From an uncultured delta proteobacterium (GTDB taxonomy: Bacteria; Myxococcota_A; Polyangia; Polyangiales; Houyiibacteriaceae), in assembly GCA_963792825.1 (NCBI GenBank), contig CAWBXS010000005.1, forward strand, positions 226,308 to 290,307: 64,000 bases of DNA. The letters are read 5' to 3'. Every line of letters starts with the position of its first letter. The first letter of the stretch is position 1. Both the position numbers and the translations under genes were made by a program. Below are positions 1 to 8,892 of this stretch, piece by piece. The notes under the pieces are model-generated. The model did not search any database and was not told where the DNA came from. It saw nothing but the letters and a program-made list of their open reading frames with translations.

Positions 1-278
1 TCGACGATCCCGACGCCCTCGACGCCGAGAGAGTACGGCGGCGTCGGAAAGAGCTCCGAGCCGGGACGATCGGTCGGCCGCTCCGCCCCGAGGTTCCAGA
101 TCATCCGAGCAAAGGAGCGCTCGTACATGCCGTCGATGTAGTTGAAGTCCGACGGATTGACCGGCGCCATCCGCATCCGGACCCGCACTTGCCCGGGCCC
201 GGGCCTCGGGGCATCGACATCGCGAAGCACGACGGTGCTCGCATCATCCGAAAACGAATCGATGCGCGCGGACTTCAT
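1..278 (-). CDS. MDR-superfamily (zinc-type alcohol dehydrogenase / quinone oxidoreductase-like) protein, N-terminal part only; the gene runs off the left edge
   Basis: Manual reverse-strand translation from the ATG at 278 gives MKSARIDSFSDDASTVVLRDVDAPRPGPGQVRVRMRMAPVNPSDFNYIDGMY...GVEGVGIV, a typical MDR N-terminal (GroES-like) signature. It starts 3 nt after the stop of the upstream SDR gene (TGAGGCATG). It is absent from the ORF track because no stop lies inside the window. Confidence 0.6.
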   Translation of the reverse strand, partial: MKSARIDSFSDDASTVVLRDVDAPRPGPGQVRVRMRMAPVNPSDFNYIDGMYERSFARMIWNLGAERPTDRPGSELFPTPPYSLGVEGVGIV

Positions 279-281
279 GCC

Positions 282-1091
282 TCAGTGTCCTTTCGGGCCC
301 TTCAGGCCGCTCGGCATCGTAAACGGCCAGTTGGAATCCACCGTCCCACCATCGACCTCGAGGATCTTGCCGGTCACCCAGCTCCCCGCATCGGAAAGCA
401 GATAGAGGGCCGCCGCACCGATGTCCTCGACGGTGCCGAGCCTTCGAAGCGGCGTCAGGTCTTCCATTTGCTTGGCGAGCGCTTTGTCGGCCGTCACCAT
501 CGCGAGCGCATCGGTCTGAGCCGCACCCACCGCAATCGCGTTCACGCGCACGTGCGGCGCCCATTCATTCGCGAGGAGGCGCGTCATGTGCGACATCGCG
601 GCCTTCGCGGTCCCATAGGCCACGAACCCATTTTCGACCAAGTGAGAAAGCCCGGATGTGATGTTGACGATCGCCCCATGCCCGCGCTCGGCCATCGACG
701 GCGCCAAGGCCCGTGACACGTGAAACGCGGTCGTCACGTTGAAGTGAAAGGACTTGTCGAGCTCCTGGTCCGTGCATGACAATGCCGGCCCAGGCAGGGT
801 CCCACCGGCGTTGTTCACCAGAAGGTCGACCCCGCCGAACTCGGCCATCGCGCGCTCGACGAGCCGGTCGAGCTGCTCCGTCGCCAGCACATCGGTGGGC
901 ACGACCAGCGCCCGCCTGCCGTTCTGCTCGATGATGCCGGCCACCTCTCGGAGTGTGTGCTCTCTGCGCGCAGCCAACACGACATGCGCTCCTGCCTCCG
1001 ACAGCGCAATGGCGATCCCCCGTCCGATGCCTCGGCCGGCCCCCGTCACCAAGGCCACCCGCCCATCCACCTTGAAGCGATCCAGAATCAT
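282..1091 (-). CDS. Short-chain dehydrogenase/reductase (SDR) family oxidoreductase
   Basis: MILDRFKVDGRVALVTGAGRGIGRGIA (TGxxxGxG Rossmann motif), NNAG, and YGTAKAA (YxxxK). The start is placed at the internal Met (1091), just before the Rossmann motif, rather than at the ORF-track Met at 1142. Confidence 0.9.
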   Translation of the reverse strand: MILDRFKVDGRVALVTGAGRGIGRGIAIALSEAGAHVVLAARREHTLREVAGIIEQNGRRALVVPTDVLATEQLDRLVERAMAEFGGVDLLVNNAGGTLPGPALSCTDQELDKSFHFNVTTAFHVSRALAPSMAERGHGAIVNITSGLSHLVENGFVAYGTAKAAMSHMTRLLANEWAPHVRVNAIAVGAAQTDALAMVTADKALAKQMEDLTPLRRLGTVEDIGAAALYLLSDAGSWVTGKILEVDGGTVDSNWPFTMPSGLKGPKGH

Positions 1092-1237
1092 GCGCGCCCA
1101 GCCTCCGGGCGGTACTGTCGGGCATTGGGGCGCCTTCCGCAACCGCTGCAGTCCTGAAAAGTGACCGGTTCGCGGCCGTTGTGGGGCGGGTGTCGGTTCC
1201 GTTGACCTGATTCGTCGGCTCCCGTACTTTCTCCTGA

Positions 1238-1993
1238 ATGACCTATTGCATTGCCGTCCGAGTCGATGAGGGGCTCGTGTTCGTGTCCGACTCCCGCACC
1301 AACGCGGGCGTCGACCACATCAGCACGTACGGAAAGATGCATACCTTCTGCGGGGACGGCACGCGCTTTTTCACACTGCTGAGCGCAGGCAATCTCGCAA
1401 CGAGCCGAGCCGTCGTCAATCGGCTCCAGCGCGACATCGAGGAAGAAGAGTCGATCAGCCTTCAAACGGTGGTGCGATTGACCGACGCGGCGGATTACGT
1501 CGGCCGCGTGAGCCACGAGGAGCAACAGAAGCACAAGAAGGGGGCCAAAGGTCAGGAGTTCAGCGCGGGCGCCAGCTTCATCTTGGGGGGACAGATTCAA
1601 GGGGCGCCGCATGCGGTCGTCCTGATCTATCCGGAGGGCAATTACATCCCGGTGTCTCGCCACTCGCCGTTTCTCCAGATCGGGGAGGAGAAGTACGGCA
1701 AGCCGATCCTGGATCGAATCATCAAACCGGACGTGAGCCTCGAGGTCGCCGGCCGCTGCGCGCTGGTGTCGATGGATTCCACGATGCGAAGCAATGCGAG
1801 CGTGGGCCCTCCGATCGACCTCTTGCTCTATACGGCCGGCACTCAGCGGCCCGGAAGACTCGTGAGCTTCGGCGAGGACGACGACTACTTGCGCGAGCTC
1901 CGCCGCGCCTGGCAGGAGAGCCTCAAGAAGGCCTTCAACGAGCTGCCGAAGCTCCCGTTCCCGGCCCAAGCCGTTCGATTGGTCGACGGTTAG
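1238..1993 (+). CDS. Anbu-type (ancestral beta subunit) proteasome-like Ntn peptidase
   Basis: The N-terminus MTYCIAVRVDEGLVFVSDSRTNAG has Thr directly after Met, the Ntn nucleophile position. The length is about 250 aa. It lies next to the ATP-grasp/alpha-E/transglutaminase genes that typically accompany Anbu. Confidence 0.8.
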   Translation: MTYCIAVRVDEGLVFVSDSRTNAGVDHISTYGKMHTFCGDGTRFFTLLSAGNLATSRAVVNRLQRDIEEEESISLQTVVRLTDAADYVGRVSHEEQQKHKKGAKGQEFSAGASFILGGQIQGAPHAVVLIYPEGNYIPVSRHSPFLQIGEEKYGKPILDRIIKPDVSLEVAGRCALVSMDSTMRSNASVGPPIDLLLYTAGTQRPGRLVSFGEDDDYLRELRRAWQESLKKAFNELPKLPFPAQAVRLVDG

Positions 1994-2002
1994 CCGCCGG
2001 GC

Positions 2003-4111
2003 TCACGCTGGTGTCTGTCTTCGAAGGTCGAGGGTGTACTCGCACTCCTCGGAATGCACCGGCTCACGCGGGCTGCAAGGAGCGCCGCGACGCTCGTCGG
2101 TAGGAAGCCACCTCTCCTTCTGGCGCTCTTTTGCTTCTGCGAGATCTCGCGGGGGGCCATCGTACGTCGAGCCGTCCGGCTTCCAGTAATAGTAACGCGC
2201 CGAGGCGAGGACCCGATCGGAGCGATCGACGGCCTCGATCTGCAAGGGCGACTGCACGGCGATGTGAGGATGGAGCGCGGGCCAGCCGCTCGCGGACTTG
2301 TAGCGTACCCCCGCCCCGAACCTCGGCCCGAGATCGCGCAGCCTCAGCGCGAATCCATTGACGACGATCCGGCGGTCGCGGAGCACAGCCTGATCGGCGA
2401 CCGAGATCTCGACGCGGTCGGTGGAGTTGTCGACGACGCGAGAGGTGGCTCCGCCATCGGCCATTTCCGCGAGGAGCGGCCAGGTCTCGAGCGCCTGCCT
2501 CACGAGCACGTCGCCTCCCTCGAGCGCGAGGCGCCCGAGGAGCGGAAAGCGGTGCTCGAAAACCGGTGCCAGCCAATGCAGGTCGAAGGCGAGCCCCGCC
2601 GCAGCCAACTCCTCACAGATGGCGCATAGATCGTGCCACAGAACGGTCGGCAGCATGAAGGCATCGTGCAAGCGAGCCCCGTGCCGGATCAGCGGGAGAG
2701 TGCATGGCTCGGCTGCGAGCATCGCTACGATCGCTCGAACGAACAGCGCCGAAAGCGACTGAAGGCTCACTTCGGGCATCGTTTCAAAGGCTCGGAGCTC
2801 GATCAAACCCTGGAGCCCGGTCGGCGAGTCGTAGTTCCAGAGCTTGTCGAGGCAGATCTCGGCCCGGTGCGTGTTGCCAGCGCTGTCCGTCATTAGGCTC
2901 CGGAAGAGGCGATCGAGGAAAACACGATCGGGCAATGCGGTCAGCCCATCGAGGGCCAAGCACGCCGTCTCGAGCTCGTAGAGCTTTCCGATCAGGGTCT
3001 CGTCCGCCCGAGGCGCCTGCGAGCCCGGGCCGACGTACTGACCCGAGAAGAAATAGGAGAGTGCGGGATGCCGCTGCCAATAGCGAAGAATGCTGCTGAC
3101 CAAGTCGGGGCGCTGAAAGAACGGGTTTTCGTCGAGCGTCGGACCCCCAAAGAGGACGTGCGCGCCCCCTCCTGTGCCCTGAACCTCCCCATTCAGATAA
3201 TAACGTGTGGTAAAAAGCCCTTCCGACTCCGCAGCCCGTGTGATGTTCTGAAGGACTCGGTCGTACTCCCGCCAGCGCCGGGCGGGTGGCAAGTTCACCT
3301 CGAGAACGCCGGGGTCCGCCGCGAGCCCCACCGAAGTGATCTCCGAGGCGTCCTCGGGCCGGTAGCCGCAGAGGACCAGCCGACGGGTGCCCGCGCCTAC
3401 GGCCACCCGCTCGAGCAGACTCGCGAGCGCAACGAATCCGTCGAGGCTCAGAGGCGGAAGGAAGAGATGGAGCGCACCCTCCTTGAGCTCGAGCGTAAAC
3501 GCACGCCGCAGATGCTGCTCATCGAGCTCGCCAAGCGGCAGGCGCACCCCGAGGGGACCTGTGCCTGGGACCAACACGATCGGCTCGGCTTCGGAGAACG
3601 GCCAGACGTCCGACACCCATCCCTCCGTCGTCCAGTCGAGCGGTAAGGCCCAACCGCGCGGGGTCTCCGCAGCGCCGTCTTTCTCGATGCACGGCAGCAC
3701 GTGCGACTCGAGCTCGAGCGCCTCGGCGATGGCGTTCATGAGCCGTCGAGCGTCGGGGTCGCGGTTTAGGGCGGGCTCGTCGTCGAGAAGGAGCAGCTCG
3801 GGATGACTCCACAGGGGAACGCCGTCGTCGCGATGAAGGAGGAGCACGACCCAGCGCGGAAGCGCTTCACCCGGATATTGCTTCCCATGCACCTGCATCA
3901 CCAACCCGCCGGGATAGCTCTCCCGAAGCAACCGTGCCGCGAGCCGCCGCGCGTATCCGAGCTTCTGCGACCCGATCGCACGTAGAGTCCATTCGGGCGT
4001 GTTCGGATTGCGAGGGATGAAGGTCGGCTCTCCGCCCATCGTGAGCGCGAGGCCTTGGGTGTCGAGGAGCGCCTCGACTGCCTCTTCGAGCGCGTCGACG
4101 TCGTCGGTCAC
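2003..4111 (-). CDS. DUF2126-type putative amidoligase (glutamine-synthetase-like; usually annotated 'transglutaminase family protein')
   Basis: LTMGGEPTFIPRNPNTPEW...HGKQYPGEALPRW matches the DUF2126 hallmark as I remember it. The start is assigned to the GTG at 4111, which overlaps the upstream TGA (GTGTGA, 4-nt GTGA overlap). The longer ORF-track N-terminus (to 4309) is Arg/Pro-rich and overlaps the upstream gene. Confidence 0.75.
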   Translation of the reverse strand: MTDDVDALEEAVEALLDTQGLALTMGGEPTFIPRNPNTPEWTLRAIGSQKLGYARRLAARLLRESYPGGLVMQVHGKQYPGEALPRWVVLLLHRDDGVPLWSHPELLLLDDEPALNRDPDARRLMNAIAEALELESHVLPCIEKDGAAETPRGWALPLDWTTEGWVSDVWPFSEAEPIVLVPGTGPLGVRLPLGELDEQHLRRAFTLELKEGALHLFLPPLSLDGFVALASLLERVAVGAGTRRLVLCGYRPEDASEITSVGLAADPGVLEVNLPPARRWREYDRVLQNITRAAESEGLFTTRYYLNGEVQGTGGGAHVLFGGPTLDENPFFQRPDLVSSILRYWQRHPALSYFFSGQYVGPGSQAPRADETLIGKLYELETACLALDGLTALPDRVFLDRLFRSLMTDSAGNTHRAEICLDKLWNYDSPTGLQGLIELRAFETMPEVSLQSLSALFVRAIVAMLAAEPCTLPLIRHGARLHDAFMLPTVLWHDLCAICEELAAAGLAFDLHWLAPVFEHRFPLLGRLALEGGDVLVRQALETWPLLAEMADGGATSRVVDNSTDRVEISVADQAVLRDRRIVVNGFALRLRDLGPRFGAGVRYKSASGWPALHPHIAVQSPLQIEAVDRSDRVLASARYYYWKPDGSTYDGPPRDLAEAKERQKERWLPTDERRGAPCSPREPVHSEECEYTLDLRRQTPA

Positions 4112-4992
4112 ACCGGCGCTTCCGTGATCTGTAAGGTCACGGTCATGTGCGAGTGGACCGTTCGTTGGGTCAGGTATTGCCCCTGCACTGGGTTCACCCA
4201 CTCCGGCCGATTGGCCACCGCCGACGGAAGAAAGCGGTGGTCGGTGAGAAGCCCGTTCGTCGGGTCGAAGCCGCGCCAACCGGCGCCCGGCAGGTACACC
4301 TCGGCCCACGCGTGCATCGAGCCGGCGGCGCGATTGAACGCCACGGCTCCGTCCGCAGGCGGAGGCTCATAGAGATACCCGCTCACGAAGCGAGCTGCGA
4401 GCCCGAGCTGCCGGCTGGTGGCGACGAAGAGCTCAGCCATGTCACGGCACGAGCCTTTGCCGAGCTCGAGCGTCTGGTTGGCGGTCCGCGTGCCTTCCTC
4501 GTCCCGGCGCTCGTAGGTGATGCTTCGATGGATGGCGAAGTTGAGGTCGGTCAGAAACGAAATCGTCTCTCGGGTCAGGTCGGAACCTCCGACTGCGCGC
4601 CGCACCCAGTCGAGCGTTCTCCAGCGGTCCGACTCGTCCGCTTCGAGGTACGGCCGAAGCGCGCTCCTCTCGCGGTCGTCGTAACGGAACGGGAACTGGC
4701 GCGCGCGGGCCTCGAGGATGAAGTCGAAAGGATTTTCTTCGACGACGTCGAACCGCATCCGGCAGTCAAAAGAGAGGAAGTCCGACTGCGCCGCGCCAAA
4801 GCTCACCACCGCGACGACGTTATTGAAGCAATCGCGCACCCACCGAACCTTGCCCTCGGGCTGGCACACGAGCGCAAAAGACTCGACGTGGATCGTCTGG
4901 CTCTCACGAGGGCGCAGATAGAGCGAGTGCTCACCGAAACCGACGGGTTGGTCGTAGCGATACTCGGTCAGGTGATCGACTGCGATCCGCAT
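4108..4992 (-). CDS. Transglutaminase family protein (Bact_transglu_N + transglutaminase core)
   Basis: MRIAVDHLTEYRYDQPV (N-terminal domain); GSCRDMAELFVATSRQLGLAARFVSGY ... HAWAEVYLPGAGWRGFDPTNG (Cys-His-Asp core). The start is at the internal Met (4992). Confidence 0.85.
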   Translation of the reverse strand: MRIAVDHLTEYRYDQPVGFGEHSLYLRPRESQTIHVESFALVCQPEGKVRWVRDCFNNVVAVVSFGAAQSDFLSFDCRMRFDVVEENPFDFILEARARQFPFRYDDRERSALRPYLEADESDRWRTLDWVRRAVGGSDLTRETISFLTDLNFAIHRSITYERRDEEGTRTANQTLELGKGSCRDMAELFVATSRQLGLAARFVSGYLYEPPPADGAVAFNRAAGSMHAWAEVYLPGAGWRGFDPTNGLLTDHRFLPSAVANRPEWVNPVQGQYLTQRTVHSHMTVTLQITEAPV

Positions 4993-5176
4993 GGCACTCG
5001 GAGTAGCAGGTTTCGCGGCCCCAGGTGATTTCCGTTCGATTTCACGGCGATTTCGAGGGCGCAACATCGACCCGACCGCGTCGGATGTGCGTGCCATGCC
5101 GGTCCGCTGGGGATATCGTCGGCTCACCGTGAAGAACGTCATCCGGTTTCCCACGCAGCTTCGCGCGGCACGAAAC

Positions 5177-6133
5177 ATGGCGCTCGACGGCTTGCGGTAC
5201 CGAAAGATTCACGGCTACCGGCGTGCGTACATTCACATGGGGAGCGGCCCCGCCGTGCTCTTGATCCATGGCATCGGCGACAGCGCGGACAGCTGGCTCG
5301 ATCTCATTCCGCCTCTCGCGCGCCGCCACACCGTCATCGCGCCCGACCTTCTCGGGCATGGCGATTCCGACAAACCTCGGGCCGACTACTCGCTCGCGGC
5401 CTATGCCAACGCGATGCGCGATCTGTTGAGCGTGCTCGACATCGAGCGGGTCACGGTCGTCGGGCATTCCCTGGGCGGCGGCGTAGCCATGCAGTTCGCG
5501 TATCAATATCCAGAGCGCTGCGAGCGGGTGGTGTTGGTCAGCAGCGGTGGGGTCAGTCACGAGGTGCATCCGATCCTGCGTTTCGTCTCGGCTCCCAATG
5601 CCGATCTGGTCTTGCCGCTGCTCGGGGCGCCAGGCGCCCGTCTGCTCGGCACCGCGGTGCTCGGCGCGCTGCGTAAGTTGAATACGGGCCTCGGCCGCGA
5701 TGCAGAATACCTGTCACGGCTCTTCGATGCACTGCCAGACGCCGCATCGCGGAGGGCATTCGTCCGAACCCTTCGGGCGGTCATCGATTGGCGTGGTCAG
5801 GCGATCACGATGTTAGACCGCTGTTATCTCACGCAAGGAATGCCCACGCTTCTGGTCTGGGGCGCCCGAGACGCGGTGATCCCCATCGCCCATGCGCACA
5901 AGGCCCATGCCGCGATGCCCGGCAGCAGGCTCGAGGTCTTCGCCGATGCCGGGCATTTCCCACACCAAAACGACCCCGAACGCTTCCTGTGCATCTTTCG
6001 GGAGTTCTACGAGAGCACGGACCCCAACTCGCATAGCGTCGAGGAATGGCGGGCGCTCCTCCGGAGGGGCCCTATTGCTGTACCTGACGCTGTGCGAGCG
6101 CTCCGGCCGGCGGCACCTCGTCAATCCGTGTGA
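5177..6133 (+). CDS. Alpha/beta-fold hydrolase
   Basis: AVLLIHGIGDSADSW (oxyanion region), the VVGHSLGGGVAMQ nucleophile elbow, and a C-terminal GHFPHQNDPE histidine motif. The start is at the Met of MALDGLRYRKIHGY (5177). The 3' end overlaps the convergent 6072..7910 gene by 62 nt. Confidence 0.85.
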   Translation: MALDGLRYRKIHGYRRAYIHMGSGPAVLLIHGIGDSADSWLDLIPPLARRHTVIAPDLLGHGDSDKPRADYSLAAYANAMRDLLSVLDIERVTVVGHSLGGGVAMQFAYQYPERCERVVLVSSGGVSHEVHPILRFVSAPNADLVLPLLGAPGARLLGTAVLGALRKLNTGLGRDAEYLSRLFDALPDAASRRAFVRTLRAVIDWRGQAITMLDRCYLTQGMPTLLVWGARDAVIPIAHAHKAHAAMPGSRLEVFADAGHFPHQNDPERFLCIFREFYESTDPNSHSVEEWRALLRRGPIAVPDAVRALRPAAPRQSV

Positions 6134-7910
6134 CTCGCACGGAGACCTCGAGCTTCTCGCCGTGACCTCCCGCGTATAGCGTCCCCGCCGTCGGCGTCGC
6201 ATCTCGGTAGTTGCGGCCCGCCGCGACCCGCACGTGATCGAGATCGACGAGACAGCCATTGGTCGGATCGAAACCGCGCCAGCCCACGGAGGGTAAATAC
6301 ACCTCCGCCCAAGCATGCGAGGCTTCCGACTGGATCTGATTGTGATAGGCCGCACCGGTGTGGATGTAGCCAACTCGGTAGCGAGCTGGGACGCCGAGCA
6401 GCCGCGCCAAGCAGATGAAGAGGTTTGCAAAGTCCTGACAGACGCCCTGCCGTTCCGTGTAGATTTCGAAGGGAGAGGTCTCGAGCGTGGTCTTGCCCGG
6501 GATGTACTTGAAGTCCCGGTGAAGCGCCTCGTTGAGATCGATCAGCGTCTCGAGCAAGTCGTTCGCGCGCCGAGCTGCAAAGCTCATGGCGAAGCCGGAC
6601 AGCTCGCGAAGCTCGGTCTCCGGAAGCTCCGGCGGCAACAAGAAAGGATTCATCATCTGGCGCTGCCAGGGCATCCAAACGAGCGGGATGCTGGCGCTCC
6701 GCAGCGCCGAGTGGGTTTCGACGTGATAGGTCGTGACCTTCGACCGCGCTTGGACCCAGAGCTCCGTGTAGGGCTGGCTGATTTGAAAGCTGAGCACGTG
6801 GTTTCCGAACACGTCCTCGTAGGAGAACGCCTGTCCGGGCGGCGAGATCTCGAGCACGTGCTCGACCACGTCTTGGGTGAGGTCCCGGACCGGCTGAAGC
6901 CGCACCGTGTGTGTCGACGTCTCGACAGGCGTGTCATAGCGGTAGACCGTCTCGTGGACGATCTCGTAGGTGCGCGACTTCGCGCTCAGCACCGGCAACG
7001 TGGGGGCCGGCATCGAAGGCTTTGGATGCCCTGACTGGGTCACGCTCGCTCGTGGCGCATTCGACCCCGATTGAACCCAAGAGGAGCCGGCCTTTCGCAC
7101 GGGCTCGCGCGCCTCCGGGGCGATACCCTCTCCAGTTTCAAGCAACTGCCCGCGGCTGATCACACGCATCTCGCCGGGCGCAAATTGAGACCAGGGCTCG
7201 CTCGAAAGCGGGCGCGTCGAAACGATCGTCAACGTGCGATTCTCGTCGACGGAGTTCGAGACGTCGAGCTCGAGCAGGTCGGACTCGAGCTTGGTCGAGG
7301 ATGGAGGAGGCAGCCGCCGAAGATGATGAAGCGCATTGAAACCGCTCCGGTCATGGTAGGCCACCACGTGCAAGCCATCGCTCCAAATCACGTTCAGCGT
7401 CCCGAGCTCGTTCAACTTCTGAAGCCAACCACGAACCCTCGACCAACCGACGTCACCGAGACTCCGGGCGCCGATGGCGCGCACCTGGCCCATCAGCCAG
7501 CAAAGGGCGTACTCGGAATCGGTGTGGCCGACCGGCTCGAATCCGAGTCCCTCGTCGAGAGGAAGCGTAAGGCTGAGATTCCGCCCGAGGTCGCCGTTGT
7601 GAGCGAAGATCCAGTCGCGCCCCGCGTGGCTCCGAACGAAGGGATGGGTGTCGGTGAACGACCGCCCTCGATGCGTGCCGCTGTGACACATGAAGATGCT
7701 CGAACGGAAGCGGTCCCATCGCTGCACCGCGGTCGCGACGGCCATGTCGTATTCGACGTGCGGATCTTTGAGCACCGAGGCACCAACACCGTCCCGAGGA
7801 TACCAAGCGAAGCCCCATCCATCAGGTCGGTTGCCCTTCTTGAAGCGGATCTTGGGCGAAGCCGCGCTGTCGTAGCAAATCGCGAGGAGGTCACTGTTGA
7901 GCTGCTGCAC
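6072..7910 (-). CDS. Fusion protein: class-II (Ntn) glutamine-amidotransferase-like domain + Bact_transglu_N + transglutaminase core
   Basis: The N-terminal half resembles YafJ-type GATase (DGWGFAWY, THPFVRSHAGRDWIFAHNGDL). The C-terminal half has YEIVHETVYRYDTPV and GVCQDFANLFICLARLLGVPARYRVGY...SHAWAEVYLPSVGWRGFDPTNG. The start overlaps the end of the alpha-E gene by 20 nt. Confidence 0.8.
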   Translation of the reverse strand: MQQLNSDLLAICYDSAASPKIRFKKGNRPDGWGFAWYPRDGVGASVLKDPHVEYDMAVATAVQRWDRFRSSIFMCHSGTHRGRSFTDTHPFVRSHAGRDWIFAHNGDLGRNLSLTLPLDEGLGFEPVGHTDSEYALCWLMGQVRAIGARSLGDVGWSRVRGWLQKLNELGTLNVIWSDGLHVVAYHDRSGFNALHHLRRLPPPSSTKLESDLLELDVSNSVDENRTLTIVSTRPLSSEPWSQFAPGEMRVISRGQLLETGEGIAPEAREPVRKAGSSWVQSGSNAPRASVTQSGHPKPSMPAPTLPVLSAKSRTYEIVHETVYRYDTPVETSTHTVRLQPVRDLTQDVVEHVLEISPPGQAFSYEDVFGNHVLSFQISQPYTELWVQARSKVTTYHVETHSALRSASIPLVWMPWQRQMMNPFLLPPELPETELRELSGFAMSFAARRANDLLETLIDLNEALHRDFKYIPGKTTLETSPFEIYTERQGVCQDFANLFICLARLLGVPARYRVGYIHTGAAYHNQIQSEASHAWAEVYLPSVGWRGFDPTNGCLVDLDHVRVAAGRNYRDATPTAGTLYAGGHGEKLEVSVRVTRIDEVPPAGALAQRQVQQ

Positions 7911-8892
7911 TGCTTTGCTCCGCGAGAAGCTGCGTCTGCAGCTCCGTTGACTGGAAGAACTCCTGCTCGATCGAGGCGCACAGATCGCTCACCGAATCGA
8001 CGAGATACGTGAGCTCCTCGTGGAGCTCTTCGCCGACGATCGGGTGGCCCTCACGCAGAGCGACATGGCTCAATAGGGCTTCCAACAACGCGGTCGAGAC
8101 CATTCCGATGCGATGGAGCCCATAGCCTCGCACCTGCACCATCGAATGCCGCGCCGCCCGCAGGCAGTGGGACACCGAGCGCGGCAGATCCCGCTCGAAC
8201 AAGAGGAAGTTCACGACCTCTCGCGCGGCGGGCGTTCCGAACGATCGTTTTTGAAAGGGCTCGGTCGCCGAGCAACACGCGAGCAGCGCCGACCATTGCG
8301 CCAATCGAATCGGGTCGTCTTCCTGGCCGTCTTCTTCGGGGAAGGTGTGATAGTTGACGTCCATCAGCCGCGCCGTCTGACCGGCCCGCTCGAGGTAGCG
8401 CCCGAGCCGCATGAAGGCGAGCGGCTCACCGTTGAGCATGGTCTCCTCTGCTTGTCCGTGAAAGAGCTCTCCCATCTCGCGGATGTGCTGATAGAAGTGA
8501 TCTCGGTCTGAGCGATAGAGTCGACGCCCGGGCCCTCCGTCGAGCCAGTGCCAGAGCGCATTGACCGTCTCCCACATCTCGGAGCTGACGATCTCCCTCG
8601 CTGTGCGGGCGTTCTCACGCGCCCAGCGAACGGACTCGAGAATCGACGTCGAGTTCCGGCGGTCCCACGTGAGGTACTCCTGAACCGTTTCCCCGTTCTC
8701 ATCCTCTCCGAAGTGATGCTGGTACCTCTCTTCTTCCCCGGCGACGACGACCAGAGGATGCCAGCGGTGAAGGTGCGGAAGGTCGACACCCGGAACGAAG
8801 GCGCGGTTGACCCGCAACAGACGCGACATGCTCCCGACGCGCTCCATGTAGCGATTGAGCCAGAAGCAGTTGCCAGCGACGCGGGAGATCAT
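7891..8892 (-). CDS. Alpha-E domain protein (COG2307/DUF403 type)
   Basis: [29 protein letters not shown] is the characteristic alpha-E N-terminus. The ATG at 8892 overlaps the ATP-grasp stop (ATGA). The ORF-track extension upstream of 8892 lies inside the ATP-grasp gene and is Arg/Gly-rich. Confidence 0.8.
   Translation of the reverse strand: MISRVAGNCFWLNRYMERVGSMSRLLRVNRAFVPGVDLPHLHRWHPLVVVAGEEERYQHHFGEDENGETVQEYLTWDRRNSTSILESVRWARENARTAREIVSSEMWETVNALWHWLDGGPGRRLYRSDRDHFYQHIREMGELFHGQAEETMLNGEPLAFMRLGRYLERAGQTARLMDVNYHTFPEEDGQEDDPIRLAQWSALLACCSATEPFQKRSFGTPAAREVVNFLLFERDLPRSVSHCLRAARHSMVQVRGYGLHRIGMVSTALLEALLSHVALREGHPIVGEELHEELTYLVDSVSDLCASIEQEFFQSTELQTQLLAEQSSAAAQQ

Noticed and set aside
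4108-4309. The overlap of ORFs 2003..4309 and 4108..5178 might mean one frameshifted ~1000-aa transglutaminase-DUF2126 fusion gene.
   Set aside because: The upstream gene ends ...ITEAPV-TGA. A GTG start for the DUF2126 part overlaps that stop (GTGTGA), a classic 4-nt coupling arrangement. The 66 extra residues of the long ORF are junk-like, so two coupled genes is the simpler reading. Fused orthologs exist, so a split event remains possible.
6072-6133. A 62-nt convergent overlap between the alpha/beta hydrolase and the GATase-like/TGase gene.
   Set aside because: 3'-end overlaps of convergent genes are common in compact GC-rich genomes. Both C-termini look native, so there is nothing further to interpret.
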